Source: an uncultured delta proteobacterium
GTDB taxonomy: Bacteria; Desulfobacterota; Binatia; Binatales; Binataceae
DNA: 64,000 bases
Direction of reading: 5' to 3'
NCBI GenBank assembly: GCA_963808235.1
Contig: CAWEEQ010000004.1
Coordinates: forward strand, 3,232,001 to 3,296,000
The notes under the pieces are model-generated. The model saw only the letters and a program-made list of their open reading frames with translations. It was not told the origin of the DNA and made no database searches. A program made the position numbers and the translations under genes. Positions 31,157-41,110 of the stretch are shown here, one piece after another. Numbering within the stretch: the stretch's first letter is position 1; the number at the start of each line of letters is the position of its first letter.

Positions 31157-31615
31157 TCAATCGTACAGTGCCCTGACTCGATCCTCGCACTGTCGATGTA
31201 GCGACTCGCATTCGCCATGACTCTGCTCGTCACAGCTGTGATGAGCGTCGTCACAGGCGCGATGCTGTCGCTCGCAAACCTCATGGGGCACGTCGCCCTC
31301 TCCGCTGGCCTCCTCACAATCCTGATGAGATGCTTCGCAGCGAGCATGCTGCGCTTCACATCGATTGTGCCAGTCGTCCTGACATTCCTTGTGTTCCATC
31401 TCGCACTCTCTATGCTCCCGGTCCCGGAGACGTTCCCTGTAATGGCCTGGCGGCGGCGGATGTTCCCCTGGCGGCGGAGGCTCCCCGGAGTCTTCTGGCG
31501 GTGGCGGCGGCTCCCGGTAGTGGTCCGGCGGCCCCGGTTGCGCGCGAGCCTTCATAGCCGGCCAGAGCCCCAGGAGTAGAAACATCGCGATCATCACGAT
31601 CTGGGCCTTCCTCAT
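31157..31615 (-). CDS. exported Pro-rich protein with ten HxxC heptad repeats
   Basis: CGGAGGA RBS, signal peptide ending ARA, Pro-rich linker, ten HxxC units. Confidence 0.75.
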   Translation of the reverse strand: MRKAQIVMIAMFLLLGLWPAMKARAQPGPPDHYREPPPPPEDSGEPPPPGEHPPPPGHYRERLRDREHRECEMEHKECQDDWHNRCEAQHARCEASHQDCEEASGEGDVPHEVCERQHRACDDAHHSCDEQSHGECESLHRQCEDRVRALYD

Positions 31616-31815
31616 ACGAATCCTCCGTTCGCAGAATATCCGCGAGATGATTGCACGCCCAAAGCCGGCTTCAGAAATGCTCAATGAAAGTAACTCATAT
31701 CAGGATTGACAGCGGGACGGGGGTGCCCTAGCGTGGGCGGTTTGCTAGTCTATTTATCTGGCACTTAGCGAGCGGAGCGTCCTCATCTCTACCTGCAGTA
31801 ACCGGCTTTTCATTT

Positions 31816-33157
31816 ATGTTTGATACGCTCAGCGACCGCCTCGAAGGCGTCTTCAAAAAGCTCAAAGGCCAGGGCCGAATCACCGAGCGCAACATCGAGG
31901 ATGCGCTTCGCGAAGTCCGGCTCGCGCTGCTCGAAGCCGACGTCAACATCAAGGTAGTCCGCGATTTTATCGAGCATGTGCGGACCAAGGCGCTTGGGCA
32001 GGAAGTGCTGCGCTCACTCACGCCCGAGCAGCATTTCATCAGGTTCGTCGCGATCGAGTTGCAGAACGCGATGGGCGGGTCGGCGCGCGAACTCGATCTG
32101 AAAGTCAAGCCGCCGGTCAAAATCATGGTCGTCGGCCTGCAGGGTGCGGGCAAGACGACTTCGGTTGCCAAGCTCGCGCGATGGCTAAAGTCCGAGCGCA
32201 AACGCCATCCGATACTCGCCTCGACCGACATTTATCGTCCCGCCGCGATGGAACAATTGCGCGTGCTCGGACGCCATGCGGAACGTCGCGGTGGTCGATA
32301 GCCGCGAAGACCAGGATCCGATCGAGATCGCGTCGAACGCGCTCGCCCGCTGTGAGACCGGTGGGCATGACGCGCTGCTGATCGATACGGCCGGCCGTCT
32401 GCAAATCGACGAAGAGCTGATGGACGAGTTGTCGCGGCTCAAGGCCGCGCTCAACCCGCATCACATTATCTTCGTCGCCGACGCGATGACCGGCCAGGAA
32501 GCTGCGAACGTCGCGGCGGGCTTCCACGAGCGCCTGGGCATCTCCGGCGTGATTCTGACCAAGCTCGACTCCGACGCGCGAGGCGGCGCGGCGCTTTCGG
32601 TGCGCACGATTACCGGCGCGCCGATTTTGTTTGCGGCGACCGGCGAGAAGCTCGACGCGTTCGAGGTATTTCATCCCGATCGGCTCGCGTCGCGAATTTT
32701 GGGCATGGGCGACGTGCTGACGCTGATCGAAAAGACTCAGCAGAATTACGACCAGGTCAAGGCCAAGGAACTCGAGCGCAAATTCAAGAAAAACGAATTC
32801 ACGATCAAGGACTTTGCCGAACAAATCAGGGCGATCAAGAAAATGGGCTCGCTCGGTGACTTGATCGGGATGATTCCGGGGCTCAAGAAAGTAGCGGGCG
32901 CGGCCGACTCCGAGGAGGCCAAGCTCGAGCTCGCGCGTATTCAAGCAATTATTGATTCGATGACGTTTCAGGAACGCGACAATCACCTGGTCATCAATGG
33001 ACGCCGGCGCGCGCGAATCGCCGCCGGCAGCGGGACTTCGGTCCAGGACGTGAATCGCTTTCTTAAACAGTTCGAACAGACGCGCAAAATGATGAAGAAA
33101 ATCACCCGCATGGGCGCGGGAAAAATGATGATGCGTGGACTGGGTCTCGGCAGCTAG
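31816..33157 (+). CDS. ffh: signal recognition particle protein Ffh (frameshift near 32275)
   Basis: ALLEADV, GLQGAGKTT, DIYRPAA, DTAGR, TKLDSDARGG, RLASRILGMGD and Met-rich M domain. Confidence 0.96.
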
Positions 33158-33178
33158 AATAGGAAACAGGAGAAACGC

Positions 33179-33433
33179 ATGGCACTAGTAATCCGGCTGC
33201 GCCGTCATGGCAGTCGAAAAAAACCCTTCTACCGCATCGTGGTGGCCGACTCGCGCTCGCCCCGTGACGGACGCTTCGTCGAGCAGGTCGGCACCTACGA
33301 CCCGGCTTTCGATCCTCCGCGGGTGTCGATCAAAAGCGACGCCGCCGACCGCTGGATCAAAGCTGGCGCTAAGCCCAGCGACACGGTAAAAAAACTAATT
33401 AAGCGGGCCCAAGCCGCAACGGTCTCCGCCTGA
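33179..33433 (+). CDS. rpsP: 30S ribosomal protein S16
   Basis: [30 protein letters not shown]. Confidence 0.97.
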   Translation: MALVIRLRRHGSRKKPFYRIVVADSRSPRDGRFVEQVGTYDPAFDPPRVSIKSDAADRWIKAGAKPSDTVKKLIKRAQAATVSA

Positions 33434-33460
33434 TGCGAACCCCTGCATCGGAGGCATCCC

Positions 33461-33697
33461 ATGAAGGACCTCGTTCAATTCCTCGCACAGCAACTGGTAA
33501 ACAATCCTGACGCGGTGGACGTGAAGGAGACGCAAGGCGACACTGCCTCTGTGCTCGAACTTCGGGTCGCGAAAGAGGACTTGGGGCGCGTGATCGGCAA
33601 ACAAGGAAGGACTGCGAAGTCGATTCGCACCATTCTGAATGCGGTCGCCTCCCGCACCAACCGCAAGGTCGTTCTCGAAATTGTCGAAGACCGCTAG
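33461..33697 (+). CDS. khpA: KH-domain RNA-binding protein KhpA
   Basis: DLGRVIGKQGRTAKSIRT; conserved position after rpsP. Confidence 0.93.
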   Translation: MKDLVQFLAQQLVNNPDAVDVKETQGDTASVLELRVAKEDLGRVIGKQGRTAKSIRTILNAVASRTNRKVVLEIVEDR

Positions 33698-33739
33698 CGG
33701 CCGCGGTCGCCAATTGCAGCGAATCAGACTGGAGTATCG

Positions 33740-34240
33740 ATGCTGCGCGTCGGACGCATAACCGGCGCTCACGGGCTTAAAGGCGCGCTGCGCTTTCGGC
33801 CCGACAATCCCGACTCGAACACGGTGGAACAAATCGCGCGCGTGTTCATCGAAAGCGCGGGACACTCGCGAGAGTTCAGAGTTACCAGCGTTGCGCGCCT
33901 GAACGCGACCACGCAGCGAATCACGCTCGAAGGGGTCACCGATCCGGACGTGGCCGACTCGCTCAAGGGCGCAATCGTGATGGTGCCGGCGGAGGACATG
34001 CCGGCCGCCAAGTCGGGCGAGTTCTACTACTACGAAGCGATCGGATGCGAAGTGTTTCTGAGCGGCGGCGCTCGCATCGGCACGATCGAGGAAATTTTTT
34101 CCAACGGGGCGCACGACATCTGGGTGGTGCGCGACGGCGAGCGCGAGTTCCTCATTCCGGTGATCGAAGACGTGGTCAAGGCGATGGATTTCGCCGCCCG
34201 GCGCGTGACTATCGAGCCAATTCCCGGCCTACTCGACTGA
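33740..34240 (+). CDS. rimM: ribosome maturation factor RimM
   Basis: VGRITGAHGLKG, EFYYYEAIG, GAHD, LIP, C-terminal PGLLD. Confidence 0.93.
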   Translation: MLRVGRITGAHGLKGALRFRPDNPDSNTVEQIARVFIESAGHSREFRVTSVARLNATTQRITLEGVTDPDVADSLKGAIVMVPAEDMPAAKSGEFYYYEAIGCEVFLSGGARIGTIEEIFSNGAHDIWVVRDGEREFLIPVIEDVVKAMDFAARRVTIEPIPGLLD

Positions 34241-34304
34241 ACGCGGCGCACCCGGATAGATTTGGAGCCGGCGCGTGAGTCTAACCGTTCCGCCGAATCA
34301 TCCA

Positions 34305-34991
34305 ATGGAATTTCACGTAATCACGCTGTTCCCCGAGATGTTCGAGTCGCCGTTTCGTACCGGCATGATCGGCCGCGCGATCGAGCAAGGCTTGCTCGTG
34401 GTCAAAACGTATCCGCTGCGCGAGCACGGCCTCGGTAACTATCGCCAGGTCGACGACTCGCCGTACGGCGGTGGCAGCGGGATGGTGATGCGAGTCGAGC
34501 CGATTGCGGCCGCGATCGACGCGGTGAACGCCGCGCGGCCCGATCTCTGGCGAATTCTGATGACGCCGCAGGGCGAAGTCTTTGACAATTCTATGGCGCG
34601 CGATCTCGCCAAACGCGAGCCGGGCCTGATGTTTGTCGCGGGACGATACGAAGGAATCGACGAGCGCGTGCGCTCGCTGGTGGATCAGGAAATCTCGGTC
34701 GGCGACTACGTGCTGAGCGGCGGAGAACTTCCCGCGATGACGGTGATCGAGGCGGTGGGCAGAATGATTCCGGGCGTGCTCGGAAATCCCGAATCGCTGG
34801 AAGAGGAATCGTTCGCGGCCGGGATGCTCGAATACCCGCAATACACCCGGCCTGAGGAGTTCCGCGGGATGCGCGTGCCGGAGATTCTGATGAGCGGCGA
34901 CCACGGCAAGATTCGCGAATGGCGCCAGGCCGAAGCAAAACGCCGCACCGCGCGGCGGCGCCCCGATCTCGCCGATCGGCGCAAATTCTGA
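34305..34991 (+). CDS. trmD: tRNA (guanine37-N1)-methyltransferase
   Basis: ITLFPEMF, VDDSPYGGGSGMVM, GRYEGIDER, GDYVLSGGE, YPQYTRP. Confidence 0.97.
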   Translation: MEFHVITLFPEMFESPFRTGMIGRAIEQGLLVVKTYPLREHGLGNYRQVDDSPYGGGSGMVMRVEPIAAAIDAVNAARPDLWRILMTPQGEVFDNSMARDLAKREPGLMFVAGRYEGIDERVRSLVDQEISVGDYVLSGGELPAMTVIEAVGRMIPGVLGNPESLEEESFAAGMLEYPQYTRPEEFRGMRVPEILMSGDHGKIREWRQAEAKRRTARRRPDLADRRKF

Positions 34992-35008
34992 GTGTGCAAG
35001 TTCCGAGC

Positions 35009-35566
35009 GTGGCAGATCTTTTCGTAGCGCTGATTCATCATCCGGTCGTCAATCGTAACGCCGAGCGCGTCACCTCGGCGATCACCAGCCTCGATATCCA
35101 CGATATCGCGCGCGCGGCCCGCACCTACGATGTGCGCGGCGTGTTCGTGGTGCATCCAATTGCCGAGCAACGGAAATTCGCCGCCAGCGTGATCGATCAT
35201 TGGCGCTTCGACTTCGGCCGCACCCACGATTCGCGCCGCCGCGAGGCGCTCGAGCGCGTGCATATCGTCGCGGATCTCGATGACGCGATCGCGCAAGCCT
35301 CGCGAATCTCCGGCGCGCGACCGCTCATCGTGCATACCTCGGCCCGCACCGAAGCCGGCATCAGCTACACCGACTTGCGCTCGCAGATGGAAGCGGCCGG
35401 CGCGCCACCGCTGATGATCCTGTTCGGGACCGGATTTGGCATGTCGCCCGAAGTCGCCGAGCGCGCCGATATTATCCTCGCGCCCGTGCTGGGGCCTACT
35501 GACTACAATCATCTGTCGGTGCGGTCCGCGGCCGGAATTATCCTCGATCGATTGCGCGGCAAATGA
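35009..35566 (+). CDS. SPOUT-class RNA methyltransferase (TrmD-associated family)
   Basis: ALIHHPV, TSLDIHDIARAARTY, FGTGFG, YNHLSVRSAAGIILDRL. Confidence 0.85.
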   Translation: MADLFVALIHHPVVNRNAERVTSAITSLDIHDIARAARTYDVRGVFVVHPIAEQRKFAASVIDHWRFDFGRTHDSRRREALERVHIVADLDDAIAQASRISGARPLIVHTSARTEAGISYTDLRSQMEAAGAPPLMILFGTGFGMSPEVAERADIILAPVLGPTDYNHLSVRSAAGIILDRLRGK

Positions 35567-35622
35567 TGTTCAGTACGCACGACTGTGCGCAGCTATAATT
35601 GCGAGAGTGGCGAGGAGATCTC

Positions 35623-36066
35623 ATGAAAATTGAGTTTCTGATTTTGGCCGACGCCGCGCAGGTCGTGGGAGGGAAGCTGTTCATGCTAGGCGGCGCCTGG
35701 AATCTGCATCGTTCCGGGAACTATCCGTCGCAATTCCAATTTTCCATCGCGCTAAGCGTTTTGGTGGCTTGGGACGAAGCGGGAATGGCGCATCCGTTCA
35801 CCTTGACGATTGCGGATGACGCGGGCATTCCGGTTGTTCCGCAGATTCAGGGGCAGTTCGAGGTTGGCAGATCAGACCAGATTCCCAAGGGAACCACGCA
35901 GCGAGCATTGGTGTCGGTCAACATGATGATGGCCGTGCCACGTCCCGGCAAATATATCGTTTCAGCCACGGCTGGCACGTCGAAAGTAGACACCAGTTTT
36001 GACGCGATCTTCGTTGGACAGAAGGTCGAGCTCGCATCTGAGAGTTCATCGGAAAAGGGAAATTGA
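35623..36066 (+). CDS. hypothetical protein (DUF6941-like)
   Basis: AGGAGA RBS; ILADAAQVVGGKLFMLGGAW...PRPGKY pattern. Confidence 0.65.
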   Translation: MKIEFLILADAAQVVGGKLFMLGGAWNLHRSGNYPSQFQFSIALSVLVAWDEAGMAHPFTLTIADDAGIPVVPQIQGQFEVGRSDQIPKGTTQRALVSVNMMMAVPRPGKYIVSATAGTSKVDTSFDAIFVGQKVELASESSSEKGN

Positions 36067-36158
36067 ACACCGAAGCCGCAAACTGAGCACTGCCGAATCT
36101 ATTGAGTGGGCGGTCGCATTTCGGTAGGTTTAGGGGCTCGACTGAGGTCTTTCTTCCC

Positions 36159-36503
36159 ATGAACACCGTCATCCAGAAGCTCGAAGAGCGAGGGCTCCGC
36201 AAGGACCTGCCCGAATTCCGCGTCGGCGACTCAGTTCGCGTTCACGTCAAAGTCGTCGAAGGCGAGAAGGAGCGCATCCAGTCTTTCGAAGGCATCGTGA
36301 TCAAGATTAATCGCGGCGCAAATCGTGCCACTTTCACGGTCAGGAAAGTTTCCTACGGGGTCGGCGTCGAGCGAATCTTTCCGATGCATTCGCCGCGAAT
36401 CGACAAGTTGCAGGTGCTGACCCGCAGCCGCGTCCGCCGCGCCCGCCTGTATTACCTGCGGGATCTATCGGGCAAGGCCGCTCGACTCGATACCGCGACC
36501 TGA
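36159..36503 (+). CDS. rplS: 50S ribosomal protein L19
   Basis: [45 protein letters not shown]. Confidence 0.97.
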   Translation: MNTVIQKLEERGLRKDLPEFRVGDSVRVHVKVVEGEKERIQSFEGIVIKINRGANRATFTVRKVSYGVGVERIFPMHSPRIDKLQVLTRSRVRRARLYYLRDLSGKAARLDTAT

Positions 36504-36521
36504 ACCCAAACAGAAGAAGTT

Positions 36522-36956
36522 TTATTCCGCGTCGGAAATGCCGGTCATGCGGACGGTTGCGTCCAGATATGCGCCCTCGCGAACAGTCAGGTTGCGCGCT
36601 TCGATATTTCCGAAGAATTTCGCCCGCGTCCCGAGCACGATTCGGTCGCATCCGGTGACGTCGCCGCGCAACTCGCCCATGATCAGCAAGCGCGGCGCGC
36701 AGACCTTTCCTTCGACCATTCCGGTTTCACCGATCACGACGAGGTCAATTGAGCGGACTTCGCCGCGGAAGCGCCCCTCGATTCTGACCGGCTCGTTGAA
36801 GATCAGCTTGCCGGAGACATTTACGTTGCGTCCGACTGCGACGCGCGTGCGCGCTTCCGCCCATGCGCTGCCCGCGTCGAACGGTATCTGCGTCGAAAAA
36901 ACCGATGCCTCGGTCGTCGACGCCTGTTGCTCATCGTTATGAGACTGCATATTCAT
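36522..36956 (-). CDS. bactofilin (polymer-forming cytoskeletal protein)
   Basis: Beta-helix repeats GKLIF..VRIEGRFRGEV..VVIGETGMVEGKV..GNI..LTVREGA. Confidence 0.88.
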   Translation of the reverse strand: MNMQSHNDEQQASTTEASVFSTQIPFDAGSAWAEARTRVAVGRNVNVSGKLIFNEPVRIEGRFRGEVRSIDLVVIGETGMVEGKVCAPRLLIMGELRGDVTGCDRIVLGTRAKFFGNIEARNLTVREGAYLDATVRMTGISDAE

Positions 36957-36962
36957 TGCTCT

Positions 36963-37985
36963 CTAGGGTGCGGGAAAAACGTGGCAAGCGACCGCATGGC
37001 CACCGCGTCCGGTCTCCAACTTCGGTTCGAGCGTCCTGCAAACATCTTTCGCATAAGGGCATCTTGGATGGAAGGCGCACCCCGATGGCGGATTCATCGC
37101 GCTCGGCATCTCGCCGGGCAGCTTGATGCGCTCGGGCCGCTGCGCGGTATCGACGGTCGGAATCGCCGAGAGCAGTGCGCGAGTGTAAGGATGGTGGGGG
37201 TCGCGGTAAATGTCGTCGCGCGATGCGATCTCGACAATTTTGCCGAGGTACATGATCGCCACGCGATTGCTGATGTGCTCGACGACGCGCAGATCGTGCG
37301 CGATGAACAGGTACGTCAGCTTGAGTTTCTCCTGCAGGTCCTGCAGCAGGTTGATAATCTGCGCCTGTATCGAAACGTCGAGCGCCGACACCGGCTCGTC
37401 GAGGACCAGGAAGCGCGGATTCACCGCGAGCGCACGCGCGATCCCGATTCGCTGCCGCTGTCCACCGGAAAACTCGTGCGGAAAACGATCCATCGCATCG
37501 GCGCCCATCCCGACCATCGTCAGCAGCTCGACGATTCGATCTTCCTTGGCCTTGCCGCGCGCAAGTTTGTGAATCTCGATTCCTTCGCCGACGATCGATC
37601 GCACCCGCATCCGCGGATTTAACGACGCATACGGATCCTGAAACACCAACTGCATCTCGCGGCGCAGCGCGCGTAACTCAGCGCGGCCAAGCGTCGAGAG
37701 ATCGCGGCCGTCGAAATAAACTCTACCCGCGGTGGGATCGAGTAGTTTCAGAATCAGGCGCCCGAGCGTCGATTTGCCCGATCCCGATTCTCCGACTAAC
37801 CCGAGCGTCTCGCCCGGTGAAATTTCCAGATTGACTCCCGCCACCGCTTTCACGGTGAGGCGGGTTCCGCCGATAATTCCGGTGCTTCCCGCCGGGAACT
37901 CTTTGCTTAGACCCTCGACGCGGACCAGTGCGGCATCGGCTCTGGGAGCCTGCGTGCCGAGATCAGACGCGGATGCAGGCGGCAT
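36963..37985 (-). CDS. peptide/nickel ABC transporter ATPase (OppF/DppF-like)
   Basis: [35 protein letters not shown]. Confidence 0.93.
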   Translation of the reverse strand: MPPASASDLGTQAPRADAALVRVEGLSKEFPAGSTGIIGGTRLTVKAVAGVNLEISPGETLGLVGESGSGKSTLGRLILKLLDPTAGRVYFDGRDLSTLGRAELRALRREMQLVFQDPYASLNPRMRVRSIVGEGIEIHKLARGKAKEDRIVELLTMVGMGADAMDRFPHEFSGGQRQRIGIARALAVNPRFLVLDEPVSALDVSIQAQIINLLQDLQEKLKLTYLFIAHDLRVVEHISNRVAIMYLGKIVEIASRDDIYRDPHHPYTRALLSAIPTVDTAQRPERIKLPGEMPSAMNPPSGCAFHPRCPYAKDVCRTLEPKLETGRGGHAVACHVFPAP

Positions 37986-38925
37986 AGTGGTTCGGGGCCT
38001 TTGCTTCGAAGGGCGGCTCGATTACCGAGCAGTCGGGAATTGCGCGCGGGCATCGCGGATGAAATCTGCATCCCGAGGGCGGATTCACCGCGCTCGGTAT
38101 CGTGCCGGGAATCGCCTGCAGGCGATGGTGCCGCGTGCCATCGATTCCGGGAATCGATTCGAGTAGCCCCTTGGTGTACGGATTCAACGGGTTGCGGAAC
38201 AGTTCCGCGCACGGCGCCTGTTCCATCACGCGCGCCGAGTAAAGAATCGTCACGTCGTCGGCATACTCCGCGACGATTCCGAGATCGTGCGTCACCAGGA
38301 TCACGGCGAGGCCGAGCCGTCCTTGCAGTTCGCGGATCAGATCGAGAATCTGCGCCTGGATCGTCACGTCGAGCGCGGTGGTCGGCTCATCGGCGACCAG
38401 CACTTTCGGATTGCACGACAGCGCCATCGCGATCATGACCCGCTGGCGCATCCCGCCGGACAGTTGATGCGGATAGTCGTCGACGCGCCGCTCCGGGTCG
38501 GCAATCCCGACCATCTTGAGCGCCTCGATGGTTCGATTGCGCGTCTCTACGCGCGAGGTCTGCTGATGCAAGCGAATCGCTTCGCCGATCTGACTGCCGA
38601 TCGTGAAGACCGGATTCAGCGAAGTCATCGGCTCCTGGAAAATCATCGCGATTTCAGCGCCGCGCACGTGCCGCATCTCGGGCTCGCTCAGCTTGAGAAG
38701 ATCTTTATCGCCGAAAATAATTTCGCCGCCCACGATTCGCGCCGATTCCGGCAGCAGCCGCATGATCGAGAGCACGCTCACGGTTTTGCCCGAGCCGGAT
38801 TCTCCGACCAGTCCCATCAGCTTGCCCGGCGCCACTGAAAAACTGACGCCGTCCACCGCGCGCACCTCACCGGCCTCGGTAAAGAACGAGGTGCGCAGCG
38901 ACTTTACTTCAAGCAGCGGTTTCAC
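37963..38925 (-). CDS. peptide/nickel ABC transporter ATPase (OppD/DppD-like)
   Basis: [34 protein letters not shown]. Confidence 0.93.
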   Translation of the reverse strand: MKPLLEVKSLRTSFFTEAGEVRAVDGVSFSVAPGKLMGLVGESGSGKTVSVLSIMRLLPESARIVGGEIIFGDKDLLKLSEPEMRHVRGAEIAMIFQEPMTSLNPVFTIGSQIGEAIRLHQQTSRVETRNRTIEALKMVGIADPERRVDDYPHQLSGGMRQRVMIAMALSCNPKVLVADEPTTALDVTIQAQILDLIRELQGRLGLAVILVTHDLGIVAEYADDVTILYSARVMEQAPCAELFRNPLNPYTKGLLESIPGIDGTRHHRLQAIPGTIPSAVNPPSGCRFHPRCPRAIPDCSVIEPPFEAKAPNHYAACIRV

Positions 38926-38966
38926 GAGTAGCTCAACACTATCATCAGCGCGTAGCGGCCGCGAAA

Positions 38967-40049
38967 TCAGCCGGCGCCGGAGGGATCGAGGCGATCGCGC
39001 AGATGGTCACCGAGAAAGTTGAAGGACATCACGGCCAGGAAAATGAAGATGCCGGGAATCAAAATCCACGGGTAGCGCGCGAGGTTCTGCACATCCTGCG
39101 CCTGCGCGAGCAGGTTGCCCCAGCTCGCGGCGGGCTCCTGGATGCCGAGTCCGAGCAGCGAGAGCGCGCTTTCGCCGAGGATGAAGCCGGGGATCGAAAG
39201 CGTGGCGGCGACGATCGCATAGCCGAGCACCGACGGAATGATGTGCTGGGTGATGATGCGCCATCGCGACGCGCCCAGCGCGCGCGCCGCCTCGACGTAC
39301 GGTCGCGAGCGCACCGACGATGCCATCCCGCGGATGATTCGCGCGAAGCCGGCCCAACTTATGAAACTCATGATCGCGACGATCATGAAAAAGGTCGTTA
39401 CGGCGCTCAACCCCGATGGAATCACTGCGGCCAGTGCGAGCAGAAAATAAAATGACGGCAGCGACATCTCGATCTCGGACCATCGCATGATGAGGAAATC
39501 GACGGTGCCGCCGAGATAGCCCGACAGCGCGCCGACCGTGATGCCGAGCGAGAAACTGATCAGCACGCCGACAAGCCCGATACACATGCTGACCCGCGCG
39601 CCGTAGACGATTCGCGAGTAAAGATCGCGGCCGAGGCCGTCACTGCCGAGAATGAAATACGGCTCGCTCTCAGAGTCAGTGGTGAAGAGATGGCCGCCGG
39701 TAAAGAGGTGGATATAGACGCGGCGCGAAGGGTCGGGCGCAAATTTGCGCCTGCTTTTGTCGGTCATCACCATCGGATGCGCGTAGAAAAATCCATGCGA
39801 CCATTCGGACGGGGCGCTCAGGTGGACTGCCATAGGCGGACAGTCGGGCATGTCGCGGTTCTGATAGGTCGGATCGTAACACGCAAAAAATGGCGATGCG
39901 GCTGCGAGCAGGTAAAAGACCGCAAGGCAAATCGCGGACATGCGAACGGTGTACGACGCAATCTGCCACTCGCGGACGAACCCCGATGCGCGCGTCTCGG
40001 GCGCCGCCGCGCTCTGCAGATGCGCCTGCAATGCGACGCCGGTGCTCAT
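38967..40049 (-). CDS. peptide ABC permease (OppC-like)
   Basis: LGSDGLGRDLYSRIVYGARVS, YVEAARALGA, ESALSLLGLG. Confidence 0.93.
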   Translation of the reverse strand: MSTGVALQAHLQSAAAPETRASGFVREWQIASYTVRMSAICLAVFYLLAAASPFFACYDPTYQNRDMPDCPPMAVHLSAPSEWSHGFFYAHPMVMTDKSRRKFAPDPSRRVYIHLFTGGHLFTTDSESEPYFILGSDGLGRDLYSRIVYGARVSMCIGLVGVLISFSLGITVGALSGYLGGTVDFLIMRWSEIEMSLPSFYFLLALAAVIPSGLSAVTTFFMIVAIMSFISWAGFARIIRGMASSVRSRPYVEAARALGASRWRIITQHIIPSVLGYAIVAATLSIPGFILGESALSLLGLGIQEPAASWGNLLAQAQDVQNLARYPWILIPGIFIFLAVMSFNFLGDHLRDRLDPSGAG

Positions 40050-41026
40050 TCCGCCGCCACCGACGAAAAATCTACGCGCGGATCGACCGCGACCAACGCG
40101 ATGTCAGCGAGCAGGTTGCCGACCAGCAGCAGGATCGTCCCCATCAACACCGAGCCCATCACCAGGTAGATATCTAGCGAGCGCACCGCGTCGAGCATCA
40201 GCAGCCCCAGGCCCTGCAGATTCATGACCGCCTCGACCAGGGCGGCGCCGCCGAGCAGGTCGCCCAGCGAATAGCCCGCCATCGTGACGAAGGGATTGAG
40301 CGCGTTGCGCAGCACGTGCTTGTAAATCACGACCCGCTCGGAAAGTCCCTTGGCGCGCGCGGTGCGGACGAAATCGGAGTTCTTGATTTCGAGAATCTGC
40401 GAGCGCATCAGCCGCATCAGGCCGGCCGTTCCGGAAATGCCGAGCACGAAAACCGGCAATATTAGATGATTGATGCGATCGGCGACCTTGCTCATCGGAT
40501 CGAGCGATGCGTAGTCGACCGAGAAAGTGCCGCCGATCGGGAACCATCCGGTCTTCAGCGCGAGGTACATCATCAGGAAGGCGAGGAAGAAATTCGGCAC
40601 CGACATCCCGAAAAAAGCGAGGAACGAAAGGAAGCGATCCCAGATCGAATTCTGATTGACCGCGACGATGATCCCGATTGGAATCGCGATCATCCACGAA
40701 AAAATCATGCTGCTCGCGGCCAGCACGATCGTGTTGAACGCGCGCGAGGCAATCAGCCCGGTTACACTTACCCGGTACGACAGCGAGAAGCCGAAGTTCA
40801 GATGAAGCACGCCCCATAGCCACTTCGCGTAGCGGACCATCAATGGTTGATCGAGGCCGAACTGAGCTTGGAGCTGGCGAATTACTTCGGGCGTGATGGT
40901 CGGGTTGAGCTTCAGATTCGAAACGAAGTCGCCGGGCACCAGCGACATCGCGACGAAGGAAATGAAAGTGATCCCGAGCAGTAGCGGGATCATGTTGAGC
41001 AGGCGGCGAATCAGGAAGCGGGTCAT
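40046..41026 (-). CDS. peptide ABC permease (OppB-like)
   Basis: FLIRRLL, GLDQP, FVRTARAKGL, KHVLRNAL, VDPRV. Confidence 0.93.
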   Translation of the reverse strand: MTRFLIRRLLNMIPLLLGITFISFVAMSLVPGDFVSNLKLNPTITPEVIRQLQAQFGLDQPLMVRYAKWLWGVLHLNFGFSLSYRVSVTGLIASRAFNTIVLAASSMIFSWMIAIPIGIIVAVNQNSIWDRFLSFLAFFGMSVPNFFLAFLMMYLALKTGWFPIGGTFSVDYASLDPMSKVADRINHLILPVFVLGISGTAGLMRLMRSQILEIKNSDFVRTARAKGLSERVVIYKHVLRNALNPFVTMAGYSLGDLLGGAALVEAVMNLQGLGLLMLDAVRSLDIYLVMGSVLMGTILLLVGNLLADIALVAVDPRVDFSSVAAE

Positions 41027-41110
41027 TGTGTCGGTTGAGTATCAGCGCCTGATGATTCGACGGATGCGGCGCGCAAAAGTTTCAATCGAGACGTTCAATA
41101 GCCAGGAAGT

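Noticed and set aside
31690-31815. SRP RNA (ffs) or riboswitch upstream of ffh
   Set aside because: No SRP helix-8 GGAA-tetraloop motif or known aptamer consensus is visible.
31816-33157. Programmed frameshift or split ffh (likewise priA and comM)
   Set aside because: No slippery heptamer or stimulatory structure is evident, and similar indels occur across unrelated genes. Error is the simpler explanation.
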